DNA of 64,000 bases from Solibaculum mannosilyticum (GCF_015140235.1 NZ_AP023321.1:2421842-2485841), one strand, 5' to 3'; positions 34,984 to 45,889 are shown, counted from the first letter of the stretch. Made by a program: numbers and translations. The notes: generated by a model not told the origin, from the letters alone.

Positions 34984-36348
34984 ATGGGTACTGCAAACAT
35001 GTTTGCACGGCTGAAAGCCGCTCCACGAGGGGGGGCAGCCGTCCCGCATCGCAAAAATACCGCTGAGATGGAAACCGTCTCTATGCCGCCTCCTGAGAAG
35101 GTGGTCATCCCCATGCAGCAGCACATCGGCGCCCCTTGCGTCCCAACCGTCAAGATCGGGGATCTGGTCAAGGTGGGCCAGGTGATTGGGGACACATCCC
35201 AATTTGTGTCGGCCCCTATTCATGCAAGCGTCTCCGGCAAGGTGACGGCCATCACCGACATCCTGCTCCCCTCCGGCCAACGCACCAAAGCAGTGGCCAT
35301 CCAGTCGGATGGCCAGCAAGAGACCGATGATTCGGTCAAACCGCCGATCATCCATTCCAAACAGGACTTTATCAAGGCTGTCCGTGAATCCGGCCTGGTG
35401 GGCCTGGGCGGCGCAGGGTTTCCCGCCCACGTCAAATTGAGCCCTCCCGGCAACGTCACAATCGACACCCTGGTCATCAACGGCGCCGAGTGCGAACCCT
35501 ACATCACCGCCGACTACCGGGAAGCCATGGAAAATAGTTGGGACGTGATGTCAGGCATATATGCCGTCAAGGATCTCCTGGGCGTGAACCAGGTCATCAT
35601 CGCCATCGAAAACAACAAGCCCGACGCCATCAAGGTGCTGTCGGACATCGCATACAATGAAAACGATCCCAAAAATCAGGTCAACGTCATGCCGCTGCCC
35701 TCCCGGTACCCACAGGGCGCTGAAAAGGTGCTGGTGCATCAGACCACCGGCCGTGTCATCCCCAAGGGCAAGCTCCCTTCGGACGTGGGTGTGGTGGTGA
35801 TGAACATCACCTCCATCGCCTTTTTGGCCCGGTACATGAAAACCGGTATGCCGCTGATCCAAAAACGCCTGACTGTGGATGGTTCGGCCGTCCTCTATCC
35901 CAAGAATATCTTAGTGCCCATCGGCACCTCCATCCACGACGTTATGGAATTTGCCGGCGGGTACAAAGAGACGCCCCGCAAGCTCCTCATGGGCGGCCCC
36001 ATGATGGGCCTCGCCCTCAGCGACGACTCTTTGCCGGTTCTCAAGCAGAACAACGCCATTCTGGCCTTTGCCGAAAAGGACGCCCATCTGATGGACGAAT
36101 CCCCCTGCATCCGTTGCGGACGTTGCGTCAAGGCCTGTCCTATGCACCTGGTTCCCCCTCAGGTGGCCAGATGTTATAAGCTAAAAGATGTGGAGGGGCT
36201 CCAGAAGGCCAACGTCATGACCTGTATGGAATGCGGATGCTGTTCCTACGTCTGCCCGGCCGGACGGTACATCGTTCAAAACATGCGCCTTGCCAAGAGC
36301 ATGGTGAAAAATGCAACGAAACCCAAAAAGAAGGAGGAGAAAGCGTAA
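34984..36348 (+). CDS. rnfC: Rnf electron-transport complex subunit C
   Basis: NADH/FMN-binding motifs GLVGLGGAGFP and two 4Fe-4S clusters (CIRCGRCVKACP, CMECGCCSYVCP); RBS agggaggaag. Confidence 0.9.
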   Translation: MGTANMFARLKAAPRGGAAVPHRKNTAEMETVSMPPPEKVVIPMQQHIGAPCVPTVKIGDLVKVGQVIGDTSQFVSAPIHASVSGKVTAITDILLPSGQRTKAVAIQSDGQQETDDSVKPPIIHSKQDFIKAVRESGLVGLGGAGFPAHVKLSPPGNVTIDTLVINGAECEPYITADYREAMENSWDVMSGIYAVKDLLGVNQVIIAIENNKPDAIKVLSDIAYNENDPKNQVNVMPLPSRYPQGAEKVLVHQTTGRVIPKGKLPSDVGVVVMNITSIAFLARYMKTGMPLIQKRLTVDGSAVLYPKNILVPIGTSIHDVMEFAGGYKETPRKLLMGGPMMGLALSDDSLPVLKQNNAILAFAEKDAHLMDESPCIRCGRCVKACPMHLVPPQVARCYKLKDVEGLQKANVMTCMECGCCSYVCPAGRYIVQNMRLAKSMVKNATKPKKKEEKA

Positions 36349-37280
36349 TGGAAAGGTTGATTGTCTCCTCGTCGCCCCATCTGCGAAGCGGCGACACCAC
36401 TCAAAAACTCATGCTGGACGTCATTATCGCTCTATGCCCGGCCCTCATTGCATCGGTCATCCTGTTCGGATGGCGTGCCCTCCTCCTGGAGGCGGTGACG
36501 GTGGCATCTTGCGTAGTGTCGGAGTACCTTTGTCGCAAAATTATGAAACGCAATTCCTCCATCGAGGATCTGAGCGCCGTGGTCACCGGGCTGCTCCTGG
36601 CCTTTAATCTCCCGGTCACCCTCCCCCTCTGGATGGCCGCTTTGGGCGGCGCCATCGCCATTGTGGTGGTTAAACAGCTGTTTGGCGGTATCGGGCACAA
36701 CTTCGTAAACCCCGCATTGACGGCCCGTATTGTTCTGATGGTCTCCTTCCCCTCCCCTATGACCAATTGGGTACAGCCTCTGTCAGCCGACGCCGTCACC
36801 ACCGCCACCCCCTTGGGTATCATGGCCGAAGGAACCGGCCAGGCCCTCCCTTCGCTGACCGACATGTTTTTCGGGCTGCGCGCCGGATGCTTGGGTGAAA
36901 CCTGTGCCGTGGCCCTGCTTCTGGGTGGACTCTACCTGGTGATCCGCCGGGTCATCAGTCCGGTCATCCCTCTGTGCTTTATGGGCATGGTTGCCGCTAT
37001 GTCCCTGCTGATGGGGCTGGATCCCCTGACCCAACTTCTCTCGGGCGGCGTCATGCTGGGCGCCATCTTTATGGCCACAGACTATGTCACAAGCCCCATC
37101 AACTTCTGGGGCCGGGTGGTCTTCGGCCTGGGATGCGGATTCCTCACCATGGTCATCCGCCAGTTTGGCAGCCTGCCGGAAGGCGTTTCCTTCTCCATTG
37201 TGCTGATGAACATCCTCACCCCTCACATCGAACGGCTGACCTATCCCAAATCCTTTGGAGAGGCGGGTGCTAAGGCATGA
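36348..37280 (+). CDS. rnfD: Rnf complex subunit D
   Basis: NqrB/RnfD family polytopic membrane protein; start MERLIVSSSPH overlaps the rnfC stop by 1 nt. Confidence 0.9.
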   Translation: MERLIVSSSPHLRSGDTTQKLMLDVIIALCPALIASVILFGWRALLLEAVTVASCVVSEYLCRKIMKRNSSIEDLSAVVTGLLLAFNLPVTLPLWMAALGGAIAIVVVKQLFGGIGHNFVNPALTARIVLMVSFPSPMTNWVQPLSADAVTTATPLGIMAEGTGQALPSLTDMFFGLRAGCLGETCAVALLLGGLYLVIRRVISPVIPLCFMGMVAAMSLLMGLDPLTQLLSGGVMLGAIFMATDYVTSPINFWGRVVFGLGCGFLTMVIRQFGSLPEGVSFSIVLMNILTPHIERLTYPKSFGEAGAKA

Positions 37281-37840
37281 GTCCTAAGGTAAAACAGATT
37301 TTTATCCCCACCGTTACCCTCACCTTGATTTGTCTCATCATCACCGGTCTATTGGCCGTCACCAACGACATCACCGCCGACAAAATCGCCCAGCAGAATG
37401 CTGAAGCTGCCGCAGCTTCCCGTTTGGAAGTGCTGCCGGGCGCCGTCGACTTTGAGGAAAAACAAGAGGGCGACGTCACCTATTATATAGGTAAGGATCA
37501 AAGCGGCCAGGATGTGGGATACGTCTTTACCACGGCCGCGGCGGGATATGGCGGCGATGTAGAGGTCATGACCGGCATCGGTACCGATGGTGTGGTGACC
37601 GGTGTGACCATTCTAAGCCACAACGAGACCCCTGGTCTGGGCGCCAAGGCCGATGATCCCTCTTTTACGGATCGATATAAAAAGGCTGTTCCAGACGGTG
37701 GATTTGTCGTCAAAAAGGGATCGGCTTCGGCCGATAACGAAGTAGCCGCCATCACCGGCGCCACCATTACTTCCACCGCTGTGACCAATGCTGTCAACGA
37801 GGCTGTGGAGCTTTACAGTCAAGTGAAAGGAGGACAATAA
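37277..37840 (+). CDS. rnfG: Rnf complex subunit G (FMN-binding)
   Basis: TM anchor plus FMN_bind domain (TGATITSTAV); 4-nt overlap with rnfD. Confidence 0.9.
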   Translation: MSPKVKQIFIPTVTLTLICLIITGLLAVTNDITADKIAQQNAEAAAASRLEVLPGAVDFEEKQEGDVTYYIGKDQSGQDVGYVFTTAAAGYGGDVEVMTGIGTDGVVTGVTILSHNETPGLGAKADDPSFTDRYKKAVPDGGFVVKKGSASADNEVAAITGATITSTAVTNAVNEAVELYSQVKGGQ

Positions 37841-37842
37841 TC

Positions 37843-38550
37843 ATGGCCAAACAACAAAAATCCCTGATGAGCGTCTTTACCAACGGCATCGTCAAAGAAA
37901 ACCCTGTCCTCCGCCTCACCCTGGGCACCTGTCCCACCCTGGCCGTCACCACCATGGCCTTTAACGGCATCGGCATGGGTGTGGCCGCCACCATTGTTCT
38001 GGTGTGCTCCAATCTGGTCATCTCCCTGACCCGTAAAATCATCCCTGACAAGGTCCGCATCCCCGCTTTTATCACCATCATCGCCGGGTTTGTCACCCTG
38101 GTACAGATGCTGGTCAAGGCCTTTGCCCCGGCCATCGACGAACAACTGGGCATTTATCTCCCCCTCATCGTAGTCAACTGCATCATCCTGGCCCGTGCTG
38201 AGATGTTCGCCAGCAAAAATAAGGTGCTCCCCTCCGTCCTGGACGGCCTGGGGATGGGCGTCGGCTTCACCGCCGCTCTGCTGCTCATGGGTTCCATCCG
38301 CGAACTGTTGGGCAACGGCACCATCTTTGGCCTGTCGGTGACGGCCGGCGCTATCGATCCCATGATCGTCATGATCCTGCCTCCCGGCGGATTCTTTGTA
38401 TTTGCCATGCTGATCGTGCTGGCCAACAAATTGTCGGGCGACGGTAAAAAAGCCTCCTTGGGCTGCCGCGGATGTCCGTCGGCCAGCCGGTGTCCCGGCG
38501 CAGACGCCTGCGACAATCCCGATTCGGCAAAGGAGGGCGATGAGCAATGA
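37843..38550 (+). CDS. rnfE: Rnf complex subunit E
   Basis: NqrD/RnfE family, LGTCPTLAV motif. Confidence 0.9.
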   Translation: MAKQQKSLMSVFTNGIVKENPVLRLTLGTCPTLAVTTMAFNGIGMGVAATIVLVCSNLVISLTRKIIPDKVRIPAFITIIAGFVTLVQMLVKAFAPAIDEQLGIYLPLIVVNCIILARAEMFASKNKVLPSVLDGLGMGVGFTAALLLMGSIRELLGNGTIFGLSVTAGAIDPMIVMILPPGGFFVFAMLIVLANKLSGDGKKASLGCRGCPSASRCPGADACDNPDSAKEGDEQ

Positions 38551-39137
38551 GTATGTTTTTGAGCATCCTGATCGCCGGCATTTTAACCGACAACTTTGTC
38601 CTCTCGAAATTCCTAGGGATATGCCCCTTCTTAGGCGTCTCCAAGAAGCTCAATACAGCTGTGGGCATGAGCGCCGCCGTCATCTTCGTCATGGTGCTGG
38701 CTACAGTGGTAACCTGGCCGTTGTACGCATTGGTCCTGGTCCCCAACGATCTGGCCTATTTGCAGACCATTGTGTTTATCCTGGTCATCGCGGCCCTGGT
38801 CCAGCTGGTGGAGATCACCCTCAAACGTTTCATTCCCCCGCTTTACCAGTCCCTGGGCATCTATTTGCCTCTCATCACCACCAACTGCGCCGTGCTGGGC
38901 GTCACCATCTTGAACTTTGACAAGGGTTATGATTTCGCCCAGTCGGTAGTCAACGCCCTGGGTGCAGGCTTGGGATTTTTGCTGGCTATGGTCATCTTCG
39001 CCGGCGTACGCCAGCGCATTGAGGCAAGCGACATCCCGGAATCCCTCAAAGGTTTGCCCATCACCCTGATTTCCGCATCCATTGTCTCTTTGTCTTTCTT
39101 CGGCTTCCAGGGCCTGGCGCAAGGCCTGTTCGGTTGA
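38547..39137 (+). CDS. rnfA: Rnf complex subunit A
   Basis: NqrE/RnfA family, FLGICPFLGVS motif; 4-nt overlap with rnfE. Confidence 0.9.
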   Translation: MSMFLSILIAGILTDNFVLSKFLGICPFLGVSKKLNTAVGMSAAVIFVMVLATVVTWPLYALVLVPNDLAYLQTIVFILVIAALVQLVEITLKRFIPPLYQSLGIYLPLITTNCAVLGVTILNFDKGYDFAQSVVNALGAGLGFLLAMVIFAGVRQRIEASDIPESLKGLPITLISASIVSLSFFGFQGLAQGLFG

Positions 39138-39179
39138 TCGTCCACCCATTCCCATTGATTTGTGAGGAGGTTCCCATTC

Positions 39180-39989
39180 ATGAGCATCCTATTTCCTATT
39201 TTACTGGTGGCTGGGCTGGGATTGATCGCCGGCGTGGGGTTGGCCGTGGCCTCGGTGGTCATGGCTGTGCCGGTGGATGAAAAGGCTCAGGCCGTCAAAG
39301 AGGTTTTACCCGGCGCCAACTGCGGCGCCTGCGGGTTCTCCGGCTGCGAGGGATATGCAAACGCCCTATCGGCCGGCGAAGCAAAAAACGGATTGTGTGC
39401 CCCGGGCGGTTCAGAGGTGGCGAACGCCATCGCCGGTATCCTAGGGCTGGAGGCGGCGGGCGAACAGTACAAAACTGCCTTTGTCCACTGCCTGGGTACT
39501 TGCCAGAAAACCAGCAAAAAAATGGATTATGCCGGCATCCAAACCTGTGCCGCCGCCAGCATGCAGTTCGGCGGGGACGGCGCCTGTTCCTACGGATGCC
39601 TTGGGTTCGGCGACTGCATGAAGTCCTGTCCCTACGGCGCCATCTCTCTCTGCAACGGTATCGCCGTGGTCAATCCCGCCGCTTGCAAGGCATGTACCCA
39701 GTGCGTCTCGGCCTGCCCCAAACATCTCATCACCATTGTGTCGGCTCCTGCTGCTGCACAGGTGGCTTGCAGCAATCACGACAAAGGCGGCGAGACACGC
39801 AAACAGTGCACTGCCGGATGTATCGGCTGCATGCGCTGTGTCAAATCCTGTGAATTCGGCGCGGTGACGGTGAAGGAATTCCTGGCCAGCGTCGATCCAG
39901 AAAAATGTACCGCCTGCGGGAAATGTGCAGAGGTTTGCCCTTCGGGGTGCATTGAGCTTCTGAACATCAAACAACTGCAACACGCATAA
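39180..39989 (+). CDS. rnfB: Rnf complex subunit B (polyferredoxin)
   Basis: N-terminal TM, several CxxCxxCxxxCP ferredoxin motifs; start MSILFPILL with RBS gaggagg. Confidence 0.9.
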   Translation: MSILFPILLVAGLGLIAGVGLAVASVVMAVPVDEKAQAVKEVLPGANCGACGFSGCEGYANALSAGEAKNGLCAPGGSEVANAIAGILGLEAAGEQYKTAFVHCLGTCQKTSKKMDYAGIQTCAAASMQFGGDGACSYGCLGFGDCMKSCPYGAISLCNGIAVVNPAACKACTQCVSACPKHLITIVSAPAAAQVACSNHDKGGETRKQCTAGCIGCMRCVKSCEFGAVTVKEFLASVDPEKCTACGKCAEVCPSGCIELLNIKQLQHA

Positions 39990-40005
39990 CTAGTATAAGT
40001 TGTGA

Positions 40006-40042
40006 AAAAGGCCGTTCCTTTTGGGACGGCCTTTTTGTTTCC
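40006..40042 (+). terminator. Rho-independent terminator after rnfB
   Basis: aaaggccgttcc-ttttg-ggacggccttt followed by TTGTTT. Confidence 0.7.
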
Positions 40043-40156
40043 CTTAATTGGTTTTCTTAAACTCTGCTTTTCTTTGTGAAGCATGACTGAAAAAAAGATG
40101 GTATTTTTTGAGGAAATATTCCTTTTTATTAAGCGGTTTTAATTTCCAGAAACACC

Positions 40157-40185
40157 TTGTAGATCCCCTTTTGATGCGATAAAAT
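40157..40185 (+). promoter_or_regulatory. Putative promoter in the AT-rich leader of the giant esterase gene
   Basis: TTGTAG, 17-nt spacer, TAAAAT within a 250-bp AT-rich region. Confidence 0.3.
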
Positions 40186-40289
40186 ACATATATATTCCCT
40201 ATGTTTTTATTTATTTTTATAAAAAAGGAGGAAACACATCTTTATTCATTCAGAAGGAGAAAAATACGATACCAATTAAAGGAGAAGGT

Positions 40290-43200
40290 TATGAAAAAAT
40301 TTATTTCCCTATGCTTATGCCTGCTGATGGTGCTGAGCATCCTGCCGGCTTCCACTTTTTCTATAGCCCTGGCGGAAGATACTTCGGTCAATCTCGCTCT
40401 GGGCAAATCGGTCACAGCCAGCCAGCAGTATGGCGTGGACGGCCCGGAAAAAGCAGTGGATGGAGTCGTCAGCAAAGACAGCAAATGGTCTTCCAACTAC
40501 TTTGATCTGAATAAAGGCGCCTGGATGACGGTAGATCTGGGCGAACCCTGTGTCATCGACCGTTGGGTGGTCTATCATGCTGAATCAGGCGGCGAAGTCA
40601 ATACCATGAATACCGCCGACTTTAAACTACAGGTGAGTAGCGACGGTAAAAACTTCACCGATGTGGACTCTGTGACCGGCAACACCGACGCCGTTACCGA
40701 TCGGACAATTACGCCGGTTGTTGCCCAGTACGTCCGCTTGTTTGTGTCCAAAGGCGGCCGTCATCAGGATAACGTTGCACGCATCAATGAACTGGAAGTG
40801 TACGGTTCCTCCCTGTGGACCAATGTAGCCTTGGGTAAAACCACCAAGGCCAGCCAGCAGTACGGCGTAGACGGTCCGGAAAAAGCGGTGGACGGCGTCG
40901 TCAGCAAGGACAGCAAGTGGTCCTCCAATTACTTCACCCACGACGGCGAATGGATGATGGTGGATTTGGGCAAAGAGTATACCATCGCCCGCTGGGTGGT
41001 CTATCATGCAGAAGCCGGCGGTGAAGCCGCCTGGCTCAATACCCGGGACTTCAAGCTGCAAAAAAGTCAGAACGGCACCGACTGGTCTGACGTGGATGTG
41101 GTCACCGGCAATACCGATGCCGTCACCGACCGCATTGTAGATCCCTTCTCAGCCCGTTATGTACGCCTTTACGTCACCCACGGCGGCGAAGCCAATGTGG
41201 CCCGTATCAACGAATTCGAACTGTATGCCACCGACTATTCGGAAAATGCAGCCCTTCATAAGACCGCCACAGCCAACATGCACTATGGCGCAGATACGCC
41301 GGATAAAGCGGTGGACGGTTCCACTGCCAAGGACGACAAATGGTCTTCCGGTTTCTTTGATCTGTCTCAAGGCGCCTGGCTCAAGGTGGATCTGGGCAGC
41401 ACCTATGTCCTGGATCGATGGGTGGTGCGCCATGCCCAGACCGGCGGTGAAGACAAGTCCATGAACACCAGGGACTTTAAGCTTCAGAAGAGCCAAAACG
41501 GCATCGACTGGGTGGACGTTGACGCTGTGACCGGTAACACTGACGCCGTCACCGACCGGGATGTGGCGCCTTTCCTGGCCCGGTATGTCCGGCTGTTTGT
41601 GACAAACGGAGGATCCCAGCCGAACGTCGCCCGCATCAATGAATTTGAAGTGTACGGCGCCCCGCTGGACGGACAGATAGAAGAAGATTCCCGTATCCGG
41701 GTCATGCCTTTGGGCGATTCCATTACCGAAGGCGTCCCGATCCCCGGCGGTTACCGTTCTGTGCTCAAGGAATACCTAAGCCGTGACGGCATCGAAATCG
41801 ATTTCGTGGGCAGCCATACCGTCAATTCGGAGGGCATGGACGACATCGAGCACTGCGGTTACGGCGGATGGCGCATCAAAAGCGATGATACATCCGTGAG
41901 CCTCTACCATCATGTGGAGGAGTGGATGAATCTCTATCGGCCCGACGTCATCACTCTGATGGCCGGTACCAACGATATCTGGTGGGAGGACCACGTCAAC
42001 ACCGAAGGCCTCAGCGCCATGATCGACAAGATCTTCTCAGTGGATCCGGACGTCAAATTGTTTGTGGGTTCCATCGCCCCCATCGATGAATCCAAACAAA
42101 CCAATCTCCCCGAAAACGCCGCCCAGAAGGCCGAACAATACAATGCCGCCATCCCGGGCATCGTAGCGGAGAAATCCGCCCAGGGTATGGACGTCACCTT
42201 TGTGGATATCAACAGCGTCCTTACGCTGGATGACCTGGGCGACGGCGTACATCCCAATCAGGCCGGATATCACAAGGTCGGCGCGCAGTGGTACAGCGCC
42301 ATCTCAGGCACTCTCAAGTGTATGGAAGGCCAATGGACCAATTTGTCCCTGAATCAATCGGCTGCGTCCGCGGCGGGCGACGCTTCCCTGGCCATTGACG
42401 GCAAGGATTCCACTCAGTGGTCCGCCCCATTGGAAAATGGATCTGCCGATGTGACTGTGGATCTGGGAACGCCCTCTTTTGTGGGACGTTATACGGTAAA
42501 ACACGGCGGCAATAACAGCTCCTTTATTCTCCAGGCCAGCGATGACGGCATCGAGTGGACCGATGTGGATACCGTCACCGGCAATACAGCCGACGTCACC
42601 AGCCGTGTGGTGGATACCTTTACCGCCCGGTATGTCCGCCTGCACATCACAGAGGCGGCCGGCGATACCGCCAATGTGGCTGAACTGGAACTTTACGGCC
42701 CGGCCACAGTCCAGGATACTTTCCAGAAACGCGTCTATTCTGACGTCCAATACGAGCACGATATGCCTTACCGTCTGTACGTCCCTCAAAATTACGATCC
42801 TACCAAATCCTATCCAGTCGTGCTTTTCCTCCACGGGGCAGGGGAACGCGGTACCGACAATGAATCCATCCTCAAGGCAAACGAGGGCGCTACCGTCTGG
42901 GCTGAACCGGAAAATCAGCAGAGGAACGAATGCTTTGTCATCGCCCCCCAGTGCCCTGTAAACGAACAGTGGGTGGATACCGACTGGGGTAAGGGGTCTT
43001 ACGATATGGACAATGTCCCCATCAGCGATGAAATGGAAATGGTCCTGGACATCGTCGCCCAAGTCAAGAGCCAATACAATATTGATTCCACCCGTATGTA
43101 TTCCACCGGTATCTCTATGGGCGGTTATGGAACTTGGTACTTAAACACCATGTTCCCGGATATGTTTGCCGCTATGGTCCCCATCTGCGGTGCAGGCGAT

Positions 43201-44739
43201 CCCTCCAAGGCCGGGGATTTGGGCGATAAACCCATCTGGGTCTTCCACGGGGACAGCGATCCCACCGTACCGGTTTCCGGTTCCCGGGATATGGTCAACG
43301 CCCTAAAAGCTCTCAACGCCAACGTCACCTATACCGAGTATCCCGGCGTGGGACATGACTCTTGGGTACAGGCCTACCGGACCCAGGAAATGATCGACTG
43401 GATGTTTGACCAACAAGCAGAACCCATGGTCAACGTAGCCCTGGGCGCCGATGCCACGGCCAGCGCCAATTTTACAAACGAGGAACCCGACAAAGCTGTG
43501 GACGGTACCGTGCTGGACAACAGTAAATGGTGCGGCAATTCCCAGGCAAATCCCGACTGGATCCAGCTCGATTTGGGCGAGACCCATACCATCAGTCGTT
43601 GGGTTGTGCGTCATGCAGGAGCCGGCGGCGAGACCTCCCTGCTCAACAGCCGCGACTTTACACTGCAAAAGAGCGACAACGGCATCGACTGGGTGGATGT
43701 GGACATAGTCACCGATAACGTGGCCGACGTCACCGACCGCTACGTCCCGGCCTTTGACGCCCGGTATATCCGCTTGTACATCACTACCAAAGGCAGCAAG
43801 TCCGGTGATACTGCCGCACGCGTCTTTGAACTGGAGCTCTACGAAAAGGCACCGTCTGAACCCTCTCCTGTGACCGTTCAATCCGTTGAAGATTTTGAAG
43901 GCATCTCGGTCCCCTTCGGCACTCAGTTTGCCGATCTTAAGGATCTGCCTCAGTCGGCCAAGGTAACATTGTCCGACGGCAGTACCATGGATTTAGACGT
44001 CACCTGGTCGGAGATGGGATACCATCCCAATGAAGCGGGCAACTATACCCTGTCCGGCACTCTGAGCCTTCCGGACGGCGTCGAGAATCCCCTGGGTCTC
44101 AAAGCCTCTTTCCCTGTTACCGTTGAGGAACAGATTATCCCCTCAGAAGGCTATCGCCTCTGGGCCGACCAAGAATCCTATGAAGTGGACGGCGACATTA
44201 TCTTACACGCTACCACACCCCTCTCTGTACGGCGTATCGCCATTTTCAATGAAAACAACAAGGGGATCGGGATTCTCTCCCTTTCCTCCACAGTGGGCGA
44301 CGGCGTCAAAAATTGGGACATTAAAATCCGGCTGGGTACCGCTGGTCTGAACCGGACTCTTACTCTGGGATCCTATGAAAATAATCAGTTGGTACTCACC
44401 GACGCTACCGTCTCCTTTGACGTAGTGAATCCGCCATTGGATGTGGAGCCTGCTATCTTCTGGGCCGATTTTGACAAAACATCTGCCAACGTCAATGAGG
44501 AATTTACCATTATAGTTTGCACCTCCACTTCGGTTGGCAAGCTCTCTATGGTCAATGAAAGAGGACGTTCCATTACCACTTCTGTCGTCGGATATGAGGA
44601 CAAAGGTGACACTCGTATCTGGACTTTAAAAGCCTCTGTCGGTTCTGCCGGATTCCGTATTTTCTCCTTCCGAGCAGCCGATCTCTATGGGCAGTGGATC
44701 TCCGATACGGTGGAACAGTCCATCCGCATTACCGCCTAG
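40290..44739 (+). CDS. Secreted 1483-aa multi-domain carbohydrate esterase. Three CBM32 (F5/8 type C) modules are followed by an SGNH/GDSL hydrolase domain, a fourth CBM32, an alpha/beta-hydrolase esterase (PHB-depolymerase / phospholipase-carboxylesterase type), a fifth CBM32, an Ig-like (Big_4) domain and a C-terminal twin domain shared with the GH2 protein
   Basis: Signal peptide MKKFISLCLCLLMVLSILPAS; repeated DGxxxKDSKWSS..W..VDLG..RWVV.HA..GGE..N..DFKLQ.S.NG..W.DVD..TGNTD modules; SGNH motifs GDSITEG, GYGGWRI, DGVHPN; esterase motifs HGAGERG, GISMGG, GHDSW; RBS aaaggagaagg; the ORF track begins upstream at 40201. Confidence 0.9.
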
Positions 44740-44753
44740 TCGTAAAAAACAAA

Positions 44754-44795
44754 AAAGGAGGTCCCTGCTGAAAAACAGCGAGGACCTCCTTTTCA
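44754..44795 (+). terminator. Rho-independent terminator after the esterase gene
   Basis: aggaggtccctgctg-aaaaa-cagcgaggacctcct followed by TTTC. Confidence 0.7.
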
Positions 44796-44807
44796 AATTT
44801 GAAAGAG

Positions 44808-44840
44808 AAACGGCGTCCACTTAAGTAGACGCCGTTTTCC
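44808..44840. terminator. Second hairpin terminator (bidirectional; serves the convergent RHH gene)
   Basis: aaacggcgtc-cacttaagta-gacgccgttt flanked by T-runs on both strands. Confidence 0.55.
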
Positions 44841-44851
44841 TGCGTTGGGGA

Positions 44852-45049
44852 CTATGATGATTTATTTTCGGAATTGGCCAATACAAACATGGGTACATGT
44901 TCCAGCGCGTAATCGATACACTGATTGATCAAGGCACTTCTGCTAATGTGGCAGACATCGGCCAGGCGATCAATTTCCTCTATTTTATCCGAACTTAAGC
45001 GGATGGTTACCGGCTCTTTTTTATAGGGCTTGGGGATAAAATCTGCCAT
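44852..45049 (-). CDS. Ribbon-helix-helix (CopG/Arc-like) small DNA-binding protein, orphan antitoxin-like
   Basis: 65 aa, PVTIRLSSDKIEEIDRLADVCHISRSALINQCIDYALEH fits the RHH beta-alpha-alpha pattern; RBS gaggtgaag. Confidence 0.5.
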   Translation of the reverse strand: MADFIPKPYKKEPVTIRLSSDKIEEIDRLADVCHISRSALINQCIDYALEHVPMFVLANSENKSS

Positions 45050-45427
45050 TGCGCTTCACCTCACGAAAGAATTATATTCCTTTTCCGGGGATAAATATAG
45101 ATGCAAAATAAGAATACAAAAAAGCTATCAGAAAGCGACATTGTTTTCTGATTTTTGTTTTTGCCTGTTTCTATTATCGTTAAATATTTACTTATTTCAA
45201 TCTATATTTATTATTATTTAGTTATACTCAACTTTTATATCCTAATAAGGAATAAATATATTTATAATTTAATTTTATTCAACTATTTGTAATATACAGG
45301 ATATAGAACATCCTGGGCTGAATTTTCGTAAAACAAAAGCCTGGAACGATGCCTGCCCCAGGTACCCCATTGTCTTATTTTCCCATCGATTTCCTATGGC
45401 CGTCTGGCCTCCAAAATGCCCCGGATA

Positions 45428-45470
45428 CAAAAAAGAAAGAGCCCGGAGCCCGATTTGGCCCCAGGCTCTT
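45428..45470 (-). terminator. Distal terminator hairpin of the tRNA cluster
   Basis: Minus strand agagcc..gggctct followed by TTCTTTTTT. Confidence 0.45.
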
Positions 45471-45537
45471 ATCCAGCGAAAAACATTTCAAACCAATGTT
45501 GATCTGCGACACCGCCGCCCTGACTATAAACCCGATT

Positions 45538-45578
45538 TTCAAAAAGAAAAGGCCTGGAGCTCTCATCGGCCCCAGGCC
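45538..45578 (-). terminator. Proximal rho-independent terminator of the tRNA cluster
   Basis: Minus strand ggcctgg-ggccgatgagagctc-caggcc followed by TTTTCTTTTT, 8 nt after the tRNA-Gln 3' end. Confidence 0.55.
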
Positions 45579-45585
45579 CAAATTC

Positions 45586-45661
45586 ATGGCTGGGATGGCT
45601 GGATTCGAACCAGCGCAATGACGGAGTCAAAGTCCGTTGCCTTACCGCTTGGCGACACCCC
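45586..45661 (-). tRNA. tRNA-Gln (anticodon TTG)
   Basis: TGGGGTGTCGCCAAGCGGTAAGGCAACGGACTTTGACTCCGTCATTGCGCTGGTTCGAATCCAGCCATCCCAGCCA; cloverleaf with anticodon loop CTTTGAC; CCA encoded. Confidence 0.85.
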
Positions 45662-45728
45662 AGTATAATGATTGCCCGCATGCGATAGTCAAACCCAGAA
45701 TATCGTACACAGGCAGTTCTGATAAAAA

Positions 45729-45806
<78 letters not shown>

Positions 45807-45812
45807 ATATAT

Positions 45813-45889
<77 letters not shown>

